IMG/VR virus record: IMGVR_UViG_3300012344_000001 | Location: 32,001-96,000 of that record | Strand: one strand, 5' to 3' | DNA from: a virus | Taxonomy: Duplodnaviria; Caudoviricetes | DNA: 64,000 bases | Part shown: in pieces, positions 38,875 to 48,177 of the stretch | Layout of the letters: each line of letters starts with the position of its first letter | Position numbering within the stretch: the stretch's first letter is position 1 | Program-made: the position numbers and the translations under genes | Notes under the pieces: model-generated | Database searches by the model: none | The model's input: only the letters and a program-made list of their open reading frames with translations | What the model was told of the DNA's origin: nothing

Positions 38875-39146
38875 AATATAGTTCCTTTCATCGCCACGCC
38901 AATTTCGCGCATATCTTCGGCGGTAAAACATTCGCGATATTCTGGATTTTTAATCAAGTCTTGAAAGGCGCGGTTCGCTGCAACTTGTCCAGCCGTCGTA
39001 AATATTTCATCACACCAGAATGTGGGGTCTGCGCCTTCTTCGCCTGTTGGATATTTATATGGATAAAGCGGGCAATCTTCACAATTCGCAGCCGTTTCAC
39101 AGATTCTTCCTGTCAGGTGTTCTATATTGACGTTAGTTACCGGCAC
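38871..39146 (-). CDS. small Cys-rich protein, tag GTIL
   Basis: CEDCPLY; ends KGTIL. Confidence 0.6.
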   Translation of the reverse strand: MPVTNVNIEHLTGRICETAANCEDCPLYPYKYPTGEEGADPTFWCDEIFTTAGQVAANRAFQDLIKNPEYRECFTAEDMREIGVAMKGTIL

Positions 39147-39543
39147 AGTCTATCACCTCTTCCCACGCTTCATACGTTTCGTTCCACCAGCACTTCGGCG
39201 AATCGTTCCACACTTCTTCGTCAAATTCGGCATAGTTATTTGCGAAATCTGCCACGTCGCTTGCCTTGGCGTCGCCGAGTCGCACAAGACCGCTTTCGTC
39301 ACAGATTGCGACGGGCTTACCATCAACAAGCATCACCTGCATTAACACACTGTCGATTGCAACAGCAACATCAATCCAGTCGCCCATGTCGGTGGACATG
39401 ATAATTGTGCCAAGGCGACCATTCACAGAAATAGGTCGGGCGAACGCACATTCAAGACAGTTGCAGTCTTGATAGGACGTGCAGAGGTCGCAAAGCGCGT
39501 CGTTCATAGCTTCGACGTATTGATTTTTTTCTTCGCGGGTCAT
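39133..39543 (-). CDS. Cys-containing hypothetical protein (untagged)
   Basis: 136 aa. Confidence 0.55.
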   Translation of the reverse strand: MTREEKNQYVEAMNDALCDLCTSYQDCNCLECAFARPISVNGRLGTIIMSTDMGDWIDVAVAIDSVLMQVMLVDGKPVAICDESGLVRLGDAKASDVADFANNYAEFDEEVWNDSPKCWWNETYEAWEEVIDCAGN

Positions 39544-39755
39544 AACACAACCGCCTTTCTGATTGGTTTAACGTCAACAAATGAAACCCACTGGTCGTAG
39601 ATTCTGCCATCGTGTCCACAGCCAAAAACTTTGAAGCTGGTGGAATCCATGTCTACGACTTCGGCAGTAGATGGTATGGCAAGGCAATGATTGATTCGCG
39701 ATTTGCCAATAATTCGCACTTTGTCACCGATTTTGATTCTATTCATTTTCATCAC
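39540..39755 (-). CDS. small SH3/KOW-like protein, tag AVVL
   Basis: IKIGDKVRIIG; ends KAVVL. Confidence 0.65.
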   Translation of the reverse strand: MMKMNRIKIGDKVRIIGKSRINHCLAIPSTAEVVDMDSTSFKVFGCGHDGRIYDQWVSFVDVKPIRKAVVL

Positions 39756-39788
39756 CCTATATTATCCTACCATAAAGTTAAGGTTTTG

Positions 39789-40118
39789 TCAAACCACTAC
39801 GGCGGCGCGGCGAATGTATTTCTGCGCCAGTTTCCACATTTTGTCGCGACTAAGAATCCGTGTGTCGTCATTTTCATCAACAAGGCGAAGCCTTCCCCAA
39901 TACGCGCGGCTATGCACGGCTTCATCCCAAATCTTTTCGTTGATTTCAAAATGCTTAACAAGCGTGAAATTTTTGATGGCGCAATAGGCGGTGAAACCAT
40001 CCTGATAGTTGACGTAGGAACACGCATCGGACGTCGTTAGGACAATTCCGTATTGACCGAAACGGTTAGATTTCGGATTATTGTTGCGCACAATGTCGCA
40101 AGAACAAGCAAATTTCAT
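39789..40118 (-). CDS. small SH3-like protein, tag AVVV
   Basis: ends RAAVVV. Confidence 0.6.
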   Translation of the reverse strand: MKFACSCDIVRNNNPKSNRFGQYGIVLTTSDACSYVNYQDGFTAYCAIKNFTLVKHFEINEKIWDEAVHSRAYWGRLRLVDENDDTRILSRDKMWKLAQKYIRRAAVVV

Positions 40119-40766
40119 TTAACCACCTGCTTTATACGGTAAAAATTTGGTAATCTTGCCGCCATACTCTTTGTTGCCGTGGTCGCAGACCCAAACCGCC
40201 TGACCTTCATCAATCATGTAAACGGGCTTGTTGTACTTGGTCGCATAGTTGCGGAAAAGTTCCTTGTGTTGAATCCAGCCGCCCGCATGGGGCTTCACCA
40301 GAAAATCGGTAAGGCTAAGGCTGTTCAGTTCATCACCAGCAAGACAGAGATAATTGTCGTCGGCAACGGATGCAAGTTCGATGGTCGGACTGATAATGTG
40401 GGAACCGGCAGAAACGCCCATCAAGATACCGCGCTGTGCAAACTTGCGAAGGTCGTCATCAAGACCACGGAAATGAATCATAGTCCATTCTTCAAAAGTA
40501 TTCCCGCCGCTTACCAAAATCGCATCGCTTTCAAGCGCGTAGTCCCAACGCTTCTTGTCGAAGTTTTCACCAACAGGGCAAATAATGTATTCTTCAAAAC
40601 CCATCTTAGCAGCGAAGTAAGGCGGATAGTCGCGGGTGGTCGCCTGCCAATAGGACGGAATGACGGCGATACGACGATTCTTGCCGTGCTTATTCAGCCA
40701 GTCATTCACGCGGTTGTTTAGACGCTTATCACCACAGGTGGTAGAAAATAGAATTACGTTTTTCAC
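40119..40766 (-). CDS. peptidase E (S51) / class I glutamine amidotransferase-like
   Basis: VSGGNT, GVSAGS nucleophile, VKPH. Confidence 0.85.
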   Translation of the reverse strand: MKNVILFSTTCGDKRLNNRVNDWLNKHGKNRRIAVIPSYWQATTRDYPPYFAAKMGFEEYIICPVGENFDKKRWDYALESDAILVSGGNTFEEWTMIHFRGLDDDLRKFAQRGILMGVSAGSHIISPTIELASVADDNYLCLAGDELNSLSLTDFLVKPHAGGWIQHKELFRNYATKYNKPVYMIDEGQAVWVCDHGNKEYGGKITKFLPYKAGG

Positions 40767-41833
40767 TTCTTCTTGTCCTCCTTCACGCACTTGTTTTTGC
40801 AAGACAGCCAATTCTTATAGCTGTGCAAATCGGTAAATTTTTTACCGCAGCAAACACAATGCAGCTCTTCTGTTCCCATGTTACGAACTTTCGGTTCCGA
40901 TACGCCGAACCAAGAATAATTGTAAACATCATAATAATAGGAGCCCTGTTGGTTGTTCCTTTTTGCGCCGTTGTGCATTTTCCAGTTTTCGCCACCCATG
41001 ACTTCGTGAAGCATTTCGCCCCAAACGTCACGGATTGCGTCGCTGGGCGTACCGTTATAATGCCCGTAGACCACGTTGGTCAAATCGTTCTTGTCGATGG
41101 TCAGCAACTGACGGAAAATCATATCCGTCCATTCAAACGAACCGTAGTCATTTGCGAACACGGCTGTCTTGTTGTGGTCAAGATATGCCACGGTGGTGCA
41201 ATCGTCGCGCATCAAAGAAAATCCGCCGACCTTATTGAAGCCGCCACGATTCTGCGTGCGGTCGTTGCGGTCATAGAGAATGGACATACAACTACCCCAT
41301 TTATGCGTGTTGGTAGACAGCATAACCATATCCACGGGGTCGATACTAACGATTGCGCGACCCTTGACCATATTGTTCTGCAAAATCTTCGACAGTTCCA
41401 CGTCGAAGTCATAGTCGTTCAGAATCTTCGACAGAACTTTAGACGTCTTTGCGCCCTTACGATAGACACGGGGGAACAGCCACGCCAGCGTCTTGCTGGT
41501 CGTCTTGTTGATAACGCCTTCACAGAAATCTTCCGTGCGCAGTTCGCTGATGGTCGCGGCATACGCGGGATACTTGCGGCAAAGTTCTTGAATATTCGAC
41601 CGCATCGTCTCGTTGTCGGCGGGAATTTCGACTTCGCGAATTAGGCGCGTCTTGTGTCCAAACAGTTCAAACATCCACGCCTTAGCGGCAACCCACTGAC
41701 GCAGATATTCGTTCACCTGCTTGCGCGAAATCGTTTTCGGGTCAATTTCAGCAGTGATTTTGACGGCTTCCATAAACGCCTTTTTGTCGACCGCCGCCAA
41801 CATTTCCTTTTTAAGTTCAGCAGAAACAGTCAT
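40763..41833 (-). CDS. hypothetical SIDPxD...W.SC family protein (paralog 1)
   Basis: VSIDPVDMVMLSTNTHKWGSC; C-terminal CVCCG. Confidence 0.7.
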   Translation of the reverse strand: MTVSAELKKEMLAAVDKKAFMEAVKITAEIDPKTISRKQVNEYLRQWVAAKAWMFELFGHKTRLIREVEIPADNETMRSNIQELCRKYPAYAATISELRTEDFCEGVINKTTSKTLAWLFPRVYRKGAKTSKVLSKILNDYDFDVELSKILQNNMVKGRAIVSIDPVDMVMLSTNTHKWGSCMSILYDRNDRTQNRGGFNKVGGFSLMRDDCTTVAYLDHNKTAVFANDYGSFEWTDMIFRQLLTIDKNDLTNVVYGHYNGTPSDAIRDVWGEMLHEVMGGENWKMHNGAKRNNQQGSYYYDVYNYSWFGVSEPKVRNMGTEELHCVCCGKKFTDLHSYKNWLSCKNKCVKEDKKK

Positions 41834-41944
41834 GTCGGTGTACTCCTTTATCCTTTTTATACTTATATTATAGCGTCAAAAAGCTGTTTTGTCAATAGAA
41901 GAAAAGGGCGGGCGTTTCCACCCACCCCAATCTTCGAACGGAGG

Positions 41945-43492
41945 TTACTGACAGTTATCGAACACGGCGTTGTTTTTGATTTCGCGACCGCAACACAGGC
42001 AATACAGCTTGCCACCCGCAGTCACCTGCACCTTGGACATATCCGTGTTGGCGGGCGAAATCAGCGCCTTCTTGATTTCGGGATAGGAACGCTTCAAGGA
42101 TTCCCACTCGTGGATGTCGCTATAGTGATGGTTCGTCACGTCGGCATACACGGGCTTGTTCCCGAAATACTTTTCGCCGTGAATCCGCTTCAAGTCACCA
42201 TAGTTATCCCAATCGGTCACGCCGATATAAGAACCGATGGTGTTTTCCAGCAGTTCACGCGCTTTTTCAGACACGACTTCGATGTCCTTGTGCTGGGGAT
42301 ATTCGCGACCAAACAGGAACGTGCAGTTCATACGGTCGCCGTTGATAATCTGGCGCCAAGACTTGGAATTGCCCTCAAAGGCGTTCTTGCCGAAGTTATA
42401 TTCGTCGCGTTCGCCATCCTGTCGCGCCACGATGCGGTCGTACAGATACGTCTTGCCGTTGTCGCGATACGCAATCAGCGCGTTCGGGTCCCAAATCCAC
42501 TGGACAGTTCCATAGTTCATAGAACCGTACAATTTCTGACAGGTGCTCCACCCATGCATATTCGTGCCGGAGGTCATGAAGTCGTACGGGTCGATGCTAA
42601 CGCATACAAACCCCTTAATCATGCGATTCTGCATGACCTTGCTGAAGTCGATGTCAAATTCCTTGTTCTGGAAAAGCTGGCTAAAGAACTTGGAAATCTT
42701 CATGCCCTTCTTGTAGACGTCGGGCGCATAGGTCTTGTAGAAATCGCACTTCGGCATTTCGTTCTTCGTGAAGTAGTCGATGCCGTCGCGACCACCCGCT
42801 TCGACAACCTTGTCGATAGACGCGGCATACTGGGGCCACTTCTTGTACATATCATACACCATGGGGCGCATTTCGTTCGCGTCCATCGTATATTCGATGG
42901 GCGTGCGGATGATAAGCTGATGACCAAATGCGACATAGTAGTCGTACTTCGCTTCTGCCCACTTACGAAGAAGAATGTCGATTGCTTCGTCGGTCGGCTT
43001 CTTGCCGTTACCAACAGCGACGGAACAAAGCTTGCGGAAGCGGTCGCGGTCGACCTTATCCATCATTTCCTTGATAATATCTTCGTCCTGCACGTCGTGG
43101 TGGATGCTATAATTCTTCATTGCGGGCTTCGCGCTTTCGACTTCGGGTTCCTTGTCGCGGAAAGAAAGCACAGAAAATGGAACGGCAACGTCGAAACCAG
43201 TCTTGAAGTCGCCGGTGAAACCGTTCGCGCGAACCTGTTCCTGACGTTCGGCGGGAATTTCGTCGTTGATTGTCACGTCAACGCTTTCGCCAGAATCCAT
43301 CTGCCAACGCATATAATCGTCGGCAAGAAGGCAAAGCCCCTTAGCCCAAAGAAGTTCCTTGGGATATTCCTTGTCCGCGTCGAAACGATTGATGATAAGA
43401 ACATCGCCGTCATGAATGCCGCGAAGATGGGGATATTTCGAAAAATTCCAAGCATCTTCCTTGCATTCAACCTTTTTGACAATCTCTGCCAT
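41945..43492 (-). CDS. hypothetical SIDPxD...W.TC family protein (paralog 2)
   Basis: VSIDPYDFMTSGTNMHGWSTC; C-terminal CLCCG; own promoter 43539-43567. Confidence 0.75.
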   Translation of the reverse strand: MAEIVKKVECKEDAWNFSKYPHLRGIHDGDVLIINRFDADKEYPKELLWAKGLCLLADDYMRWQMDSGESVDVTINDEIPAERQEQVRANGFTGDFKTGFDVAVPFSVLSFRDKEPEVESAKPAMKNYSIHHDVQDEDIIKEMMDKVDRDRFRKLCSVAVGNGKKPTDEAIDILLRKWAEAKYDYYVAFGHQLIIRTPIEYTMDANEMRPMVYDMYKKWPQYAASIDKVVEAGGRDGIDYFTKNEMPKCDFYKTYAPDVYKKGMKISKFFSQLFQNKEFDIDFSKVMQNRMIKGFVCVSIDPYDFMTSGTNMHGWSTCQKLYGSMNYGTVQWIWDPNALIAYRDNGKTYLYDRIVARQDGERDEYNFGKNAFEGNSKSWRQIINGDRMNCTFLFGREYPQHKDIEVVSEKARELLENTIGSYIGVTDWDNYGDLKRIHGEKYFGNKPVYADVTNHHYSDIHEWESLKRSYPEIKKALISPANTDMSKVQVTAGGKLYCLCCGREIKNNAVFDNCQ

Positions 43493-43598
43493 GTTAAGAC
43501 CTCCGTTATATATTTTTTGTTTGCTTGCCTATGCTATTATAATAGCACTATTTTTCGTTTTTGTCAACACTTATAGAAAAAGGCGTATTTCTACGCCT

Positions 43599-43674
43599 TG
43601 GTGACGCACAGAAGGAATTGCAACTTCTATCTCCGCCGTGAGAAGGCGGCATCCTTACTTTAGACGAGTGCGCC
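43599..43674 (-). tRNA. tRNA-Glu (CTC), CCA encoded, atypical T-loop
   Basis: GGCGCAC/GTGCGTC acceptor, CCGCC-TTCTCAC-GGCGG anticodon arm, AGAAG-TTGCAATTC-CTTCT T-arm, ACCA end. Confidence 0.8.
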
Positions 43675-43722
43675 ATGTGTAGGGAAGGGACTTTCGTCCC
43701 TTCCCGCTGGGGATTGCGATGA

Positions 43723-44115
43723 TTACTGATACATCGCGATGGTGGCACGGGCGGCGGCAGCAGCGGCTTCAGCATCCGCAAGTGCCTTCTTAGCCGCAGT
43801 CACGCGGGGGTCTTCAGCGGTGTAGATGGTGACAAGCGTGGCACAGGCAGGTCTGCCGGTATAGACCATCTTGATACCCTCCGAAATCGCATTAAGGACG
43901 GGGGTGGCATCGAAGATTGCGATGCTCTGAATGGGGTCGTGATTCTTGCCAATCGTAAGGTCGTCGTCGTTGACGCGCAGATACGTCCCCTTGGACGTGT
44001 AAACCGCACGATTGCCCTCGGAATCGGACAAAAGAACATAAGTGTTACCACGCTTGCTCTTCACGATAGCACCAGGCAGAACATCCTTCCAGCTCTTCAC
44101 AACATAATCAGTCAT
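43723..44115 (-). CDS. hypothetical protein (strongly biased codons)
   Basis: AAGGAG SD, promoter about 44196-44225, hairpin at 43682-43706. Confidence 0.7.
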   Translation of the reverse strand: MTDYVVKSWKDVLPGAIVKSKRGNTYVLLSDSEGNRAVYTSKGTYLRVNDDDLTIGKNHDPIQSIAIFDATPVLNAISEGIKMVYTGRPACATLVTIYTAEDPRVTAAKKALADAEAAAAAARATIAMYQ

Positions 44116-44263
44116 TTTTCATTTCTCCTTTAATATTAAAGATTTTTATGTTCACAGGCGACCAACCTGTTCACACCGTTTCCTGTTATGCTATTATATT
44201 AGCACACATTTTGGTTTTTTGTCAAGGTCGTGCGGCGGTTAAACCGCACGACCTGTAATTTCC

Positions 44264-44336
44264 TCGCCCATATCGTAGTCGAAACGATGTCTCCAGATTG
44301 AAGGTCTGGCGGCTTAGACCGCTTGCCTAATGGGCG
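44264..44336 (-). tRNA. tRNA-Glu (TTC)-like, atypical (C33, T-A closing T-stem, no CCA)
   Basis: CGCCCAT/ATGGGCG acceptor, GGC/GCC D-stem, CCAGA-CCTTCAA-TCTGG, ATCGT-TTCGACT-ACGAT; own promoter 44355-44383 and hairpin 44226-44253. Confidence 0.7.
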
Positions 44337-44389
44337 ATTTCCAACTGTGCTATTATAATAACACACGCTTTAGATTTTGTCAAGTGCTT

Positions 44390-44813
44390 ACCGCTATCCC
44401 ACTTTCACGGTTTGCAACAGCTAATCCTTGCCGCCTTGAAATGACGGTTTCGCCGGTAGCCCTAACGCATAGCCAATCCACGTTGTTGTGGCGGCGTTGC
44501 AGATAGGCGATTCTACCATGTTAATAATATTCGCACGGATTTCAATGGGCGCTGAACCCTACCTTGGCGGACTGTTTTACAGCACGCTACTTGTCGGGTT
44601 GGTGGCGAGGTTATTTTAGGTGTCACCCGCCATTCCACCATGCGGCTGATGTGCTACTACGCCAAATTATCCACGGCAATCATAGGCGGTCAAGAAATAT
44701 CATTCTGCATGATTGCAACAGCAAATATTTCCCACGGCACAAAGACCGTCATGACTCGCCCCGCGACAAATTCCTTAGACGATGGCTGCTTCTAAGCCTA
44801 CGTTTCAACCGTT
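44390..44813 (-). ncRNA. candidate about 410-nt structured ncRNA
   Basis: Own promoter 44820-44848, no credible ORF, 5' ACGGTT complementary to 3' AACCGT, shares covarying motif with 49690-49950. Confidence 0.55.
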
Positions 44814-44844
44814 GTGATTATAATATCACACCGTTTTGCTTTTG

Positions 44845-45822
44845 TCAATAGTTGTCGCCGTAATCCGGCTGGAAGTTCCAAGAAGTCGACCAAACCTTTT
44901 CGCCGTTATATTCAATCTGGATGAAATCATCTTTGACGTCCAGCACAACAAACGAACGATAAGCGGGCAAATATACGCCTGAAATTGGACTATTGTAATT
45001 CGGCTTCTTGTAGATGGCGCTGGAACCGTACTTCGTGAATACTTCATCGCCCTTGATGTAGAACTTCGACCAAAAGTGCGAACCCTTATTGCCATAGTAA
45101 TTCTGCGTGGGCTTTGGCTTCGCTTCACAGTACGGATAGATAATGTCATCCTTCGTGTCGGCGATAATCTTCACCACCTTGTCGATGGTGCCCTGCAATT
45201 CGGCATAGCGAACATATTCTTCGGGATGGTGTTCGTTATAATAGCCGCAGGACAGATTGACGCTTGCAAGGTCAAACACGGGCGACAGATTGCAGATATC
45301 CGTGAACGAACCCTGCGCCTCGACAAAGCCGTGTTCATCAATGAACTTCTTGAACTGCTTGTTGTCGCACTTATAATAGACCGAATCCTGCTTGCCGCGA
45401 CGGTCAATCTGAATCATGTAGCCTACACCAGCAACGCGACCCTTGATTTCCTGCGCCGCCCGCTTCGTGGATGCACCGCCGACTTCTTCGTCCGTGCTGA
45501 AAAACAGATAAGGACGCTTCCCGCTTTCTTCTGTTGCCTTCAACACCGCCAGAACGGCATAGACGCCACAGCGGTCGTCACCGCCAATGCCCATGGGCGA
45601 ACTTACCTTTTCGCCATCATCGACAATCTTGGTCGGCTGACGCTTATGCACCGTATCAAGATGCGCACAAAGCATCGTCGGGCAGTTGCCGCTGAAAAAC
45701 AGATAGTCGCCACCATTGACCGTGTTTGCCAGACCATAATATTCGCTTAACTGCTGATAAAGCCACGCAAGCAAATCTTCCTTGACGGGCAGGCAAAGTT
45801 TCTTGAAGCCTTCTTTGTTCAT
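44845..45822 (-). CDS. M28/M20-like zinc peptidase with C-terminal SH3-like domain
   Basis: CAHLDTVH, GGDDRCG, DEEVG, IDRRG, FTDI, NLSCGYYNEH. Confidence 0.85.
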   Translation of the reverse strand: MNKEGFKKLCLPVKEDLLAWLYQQLSEYYGLANTVNGGDYLFFSGNCPTMLCAHLDTVHKRQPTKIVDDGEKVSSPMGIGGDDRCGVYAVLAVLKATEESGKRPYLFFSTDEEVGGASTKRAAQEIKGRVAGVGYMIQIDRRGKQDSVYYKCDNKQFKKFIDEHGFVEAQGSFTDICNLSPVFDLASVNLSCGYYNEHHPEEYVRYAELQGTIDKVVKIIADTKDDIIYPYCEAKPKPTQNYYGNKGSHFWSKFYIKGDEVFTKYGSSAIYKKPNYNSPISGVYLPAYRSFVVLDVKDDFIQIEYNGEKVWSTSWNFQPDYGDNY

Positions 45823-46001
45823 TTAATGCACCCCTTCTTGTAGCCGCCAATAATGCCTTCGATTGACGACGCTTCAAAAATGTAGATTTTCCTTGTGATA
45901 TCTTTCAGGTCGCGCTTGGTTTTCAGCAGTTTGCCGCCGTTCGCCAGCAGGTATTCACACATTCGCGGACTGTGGACAATTTTTTCATTCTTAAAAGCCA
46001 A
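45819..46001 (-). CDS. small DUF5659-like protein
   Basis: IVHSPRMCEYLL...KIYIF. Confidence 0.5.
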   Translation of the reverse strand: MAFKNEKIVHSPRMCEYLLANGGKLLKTKRDLKDITRKIYIFEASSIEGIIGGYKKGCIK

Positions 46002-46017
46002 TACACGTCACAACCCT

Positions 46018-46593
46018 TCACACAACGTCGCGCCAGCCAATACGGTCGGTCAACAGCGGCGTCATCACATAGCTTCCACGTTCGCGGGCGTTGTAGCCGT
46101 CCTTGTAAGACCAATCCTTGATGCGTTCGTCGATATAGTCCTTTGCCGCGTCCAGTTCTTCCTTCTTGAACTCCGGCATCACCATGATGCGAACATCTTC
46201 AAAGGTCAGGTCGCCAACAACAATGTCTGCCGACATATTGCCGCCCAGCGTGAAATTCATACAAACGTAATCTTCCACGCCAAGGAAGGACTTGTCGAAC
46301 AGTTCGATGTCATCCTTGGAAAAATCAAGCTTCGTGCCATAACCCGTGCGACAAAGACCGCCGTATTCCGCGCCCAGCTTGCGAAGTTCTGCGTCCGCAA
46401 TAATACAGTGCATTGTGTTGCAGTTCTGTTCGGGAATATAGATTTCCTTTACGCGATATGTGCTACCGTCCTTGTTGGTTTTAAGGAAAATAGCCGCCAT
46501 TCGCGCCGAACTGGCAACCGCATACTTACGCAGTTCGTTATATACCGCCTGTGACATCTTAATGTCGGGTTCTGTTCCGCGATAACTAATCAT
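46018..46593 (-). CDS. JAB/MPN-like protein, apparently catalytically degenerate
   Basis: YRVKEIYIPEQ...FSKDD pattern but no HxH. Confidence 0.4.
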   Translation of the reverse strand: MISYRGTEPDIKMSQAVYNELRKYAVASSARMAAIFLKTNKDGSTYRVKEIYIPEQNCNTMHCIIADAELRKLGAEYGGLCRTGYGTKLDFSKDDIELFDKSFLGVEDYVCMNFTLGGNMSADIVVGDLTFEDVRIMVMPEFKKEELDAAKDYIDERIKDWSYKDGYNARERGSYVMTPLLTDRIGWRDVV

Positions 46594-46817
46594 GCCAGCA
46601 CCTCCCTGTTAATCGGAACAACGGTCATGATTTGCACGTCGTCGCGCACCACAATCGTTCTTCGCAAGCCCTTGGCTTCAAGCCTTGCGTCTGCATCCGC
46701 CCTTGCCGCATCAACCTGTTCGCGGGTAGCGTAAAAGCTACAAGTGTCACAGTTGATGTCGCCAGAAAGAACGGAACATCCGCCCATGCCGTTGCAACCA
46801 AAGCAATCACGTTTCAT
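46590..46817 (-). CDS. small Cys-rich hypothetical protein
   Basis: DCFG...CSVL...CDTCSFYAT; GGAGGA SD; promoter 46859-46887. Confidence 0.6.
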   Translation of the reverse strand: MKRDCFGCNGMGGCSVLSGDINCDTCSFYATREQVDAARADADARLEAKGLRRTIVVRDDVQIMTVVPINREVLA

Positions 46818-46931
46818 TTTTCGTCCTCCTATTCATGCGGTTTAACCGCTATGATACTATAATAGCACACCGTTTAGATTTTGTCAAGCGTTTTTGTATC
46901 CGCCAAAGAATGTCTTTAACTAAAATGGTAA

Positions 46932-48171
46932 TGACATAATCCACCGCCTCTTGGTGTTTGTATTTCTACAATTTCCACATCATTGATTTTGCTTGCACTT
47001 GCGAAGTCTTACAAATCTCCGTGGACATTCAGGACGTACCCCGCCCCAAGATATTGCTTTACGCTAACATCTGTAATCCTTCTTGCAGGATGTTTAACGC
47101 GGCATTTAAGTCGCGCACATGATGCACGCCGCAACAAGGACAATCCCATTCGCGAACAGACAAATCCTTTGTTTTCGGATTCTTCCAACCGCAGAAAGAA
47201 CACAACTGACTTGATGGGAAATATCTATCAACAATATGAAGATTCTTTCCATACCACGCACACTTATATTCTAATTGCCTGCGGATTTCATAGAATGAAA
47301 CTTCCTGTGCCGCCTTTGCGCCAAAATGATTCTTTTTCATTTCAGATACCTTCAAATCTTCTATGCAGATGTCATCATATTTGCGCACAATGTCCGTCGT
47401 CAGCTTGTTGATGTAGTCTTTTCGCTGGTTGGCGACGTGTTCCATAGCCCTTGCAAGTTTAATTCGCGCCTTTTTCCAGTTTTCGCTACCGTTTGTTTTT
47501 CGCGATAGTTCTTTCTGTAGACGTGTAATCTTCTTTTGTGATTGCTTTAGGAACTTAGGATTAGGAACAACTGTTCCATCTGAAAACGTCATTAGATTAT
47601 CTGCTGAATTTAAGTCGATACCGATAGATTTTCCGGTTTTAGGTAGATGTTTTTCGGGGACATCAGTACAACAAACAGATATATAATATTTGTCTGCTGG
47701 TGTTTTAATGACCGTGACAGACAGGATTCTGCCTTCTACTTTTTTGCTGACGCAACATTTCACCATACCTATTTTAAGCAGCTGAACACAGTCATCAAAC
47801 AGGTGAACGCCAGTTCCAAGGACTCGATACGACTGCATTGTCTTTTTTGATTTGAAACGCGGATAGCCAACGCTTTGACCTTTTTTGATTCCACGAAAGA
47901 AATTAGAATAAGCACAATCTAAATCGCGCAATGATTGTTGCAAACCGACGGCGCTAACTTCGCGCAAATATGCAAATTCTTCCGTCTTTTTAAGACTTGT
48001 CAAATCTTTCATGCAGTCAAATCCGCCTATTCGTTTCTTTTCGGTTTCCCATGCAGTTTTGCGCATTTCAAGATAATGGTTATAAACTTTACGACAACAG
48101 CCGAAAGTTCTTTTCATGTGTTCTTTTTGTGCATCATTCGGATAAATGCGGAACTTATATGATTTTTCCGT
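46932..48171 (-). mobile_element. IS200/IS605-type tnpB + omegaRNA, no tnpA and no evident left end
   Basis: tnpB begins 6 nt after the hydrolase stop; non-coding tail ends GGTGGATTATGTCA (IS605-like right end). Confidence 0.7.
47059..48171 (-). CDS. tnpB: TnpB; conserved N-terminus begins at an ACG codon
   Basis: ACG GAA AAA TCA TAT AAG TTC CGC ATT TAT CCG (xEKSYKFRIYP); GIDL, IEDL, RDLNAALNI all intact. Confidence 0.9.
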   Translation of the reverse strand, partial: TEKSYKFRIYPNDAQKEHMKRTFGCCRKVYNHYLEMRKTAWETEKKRIGGFDCMKDLTSLKKTEEFAYLREVSAVGLQQSLRDLDCAYSNFFRGIKKGQSVGYPRFKSKKTMQSYRVLGTGVHLFDDCVQLLKIGMVKCCVSKKVEGRILSVTVIKTPADKYYISVCCTDVPEKHLPKTGKSIGIDLNSADNLMTFSDGTVVPNPKFLKQSQKKITRLQKELSRKTNGSENWKKARIKLARAMEHVANQRKDYINKLTTDIVRKYDDICIEDLKVSEMKKNHFGAKAAQEVSFYEIRRQLEYKCAWYGKNLHIVDRYFPSSQLCSFCGWKNPKTKDLSVREWDCPCCGVHHVRDLNAALNILQEGLQMLA

Positions 48172-48177
48172 TATCTA

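Noticed and set aside
41654-43576. 640-aa plus-strand ORF
   Set aside because: Antisense shadow of the codon-biased minus-strand gene 41945-43492; no SD or recognisable motifs.
44264-44336. opal suppressor or Sec tRNA (TCA) and genetic-code reassignment
   Set aside because: The stem defines loop CCTTCAA (anticodon TTC), and genes end normally at TGA, TAG and TAA with intact long ORFs.
44630-44640. plus-strand TCCACCA as a tmRNA or tRNA 3' end
   Set aside because: No T-arm or matching acceptor 5' strand; the promoter points the other way.
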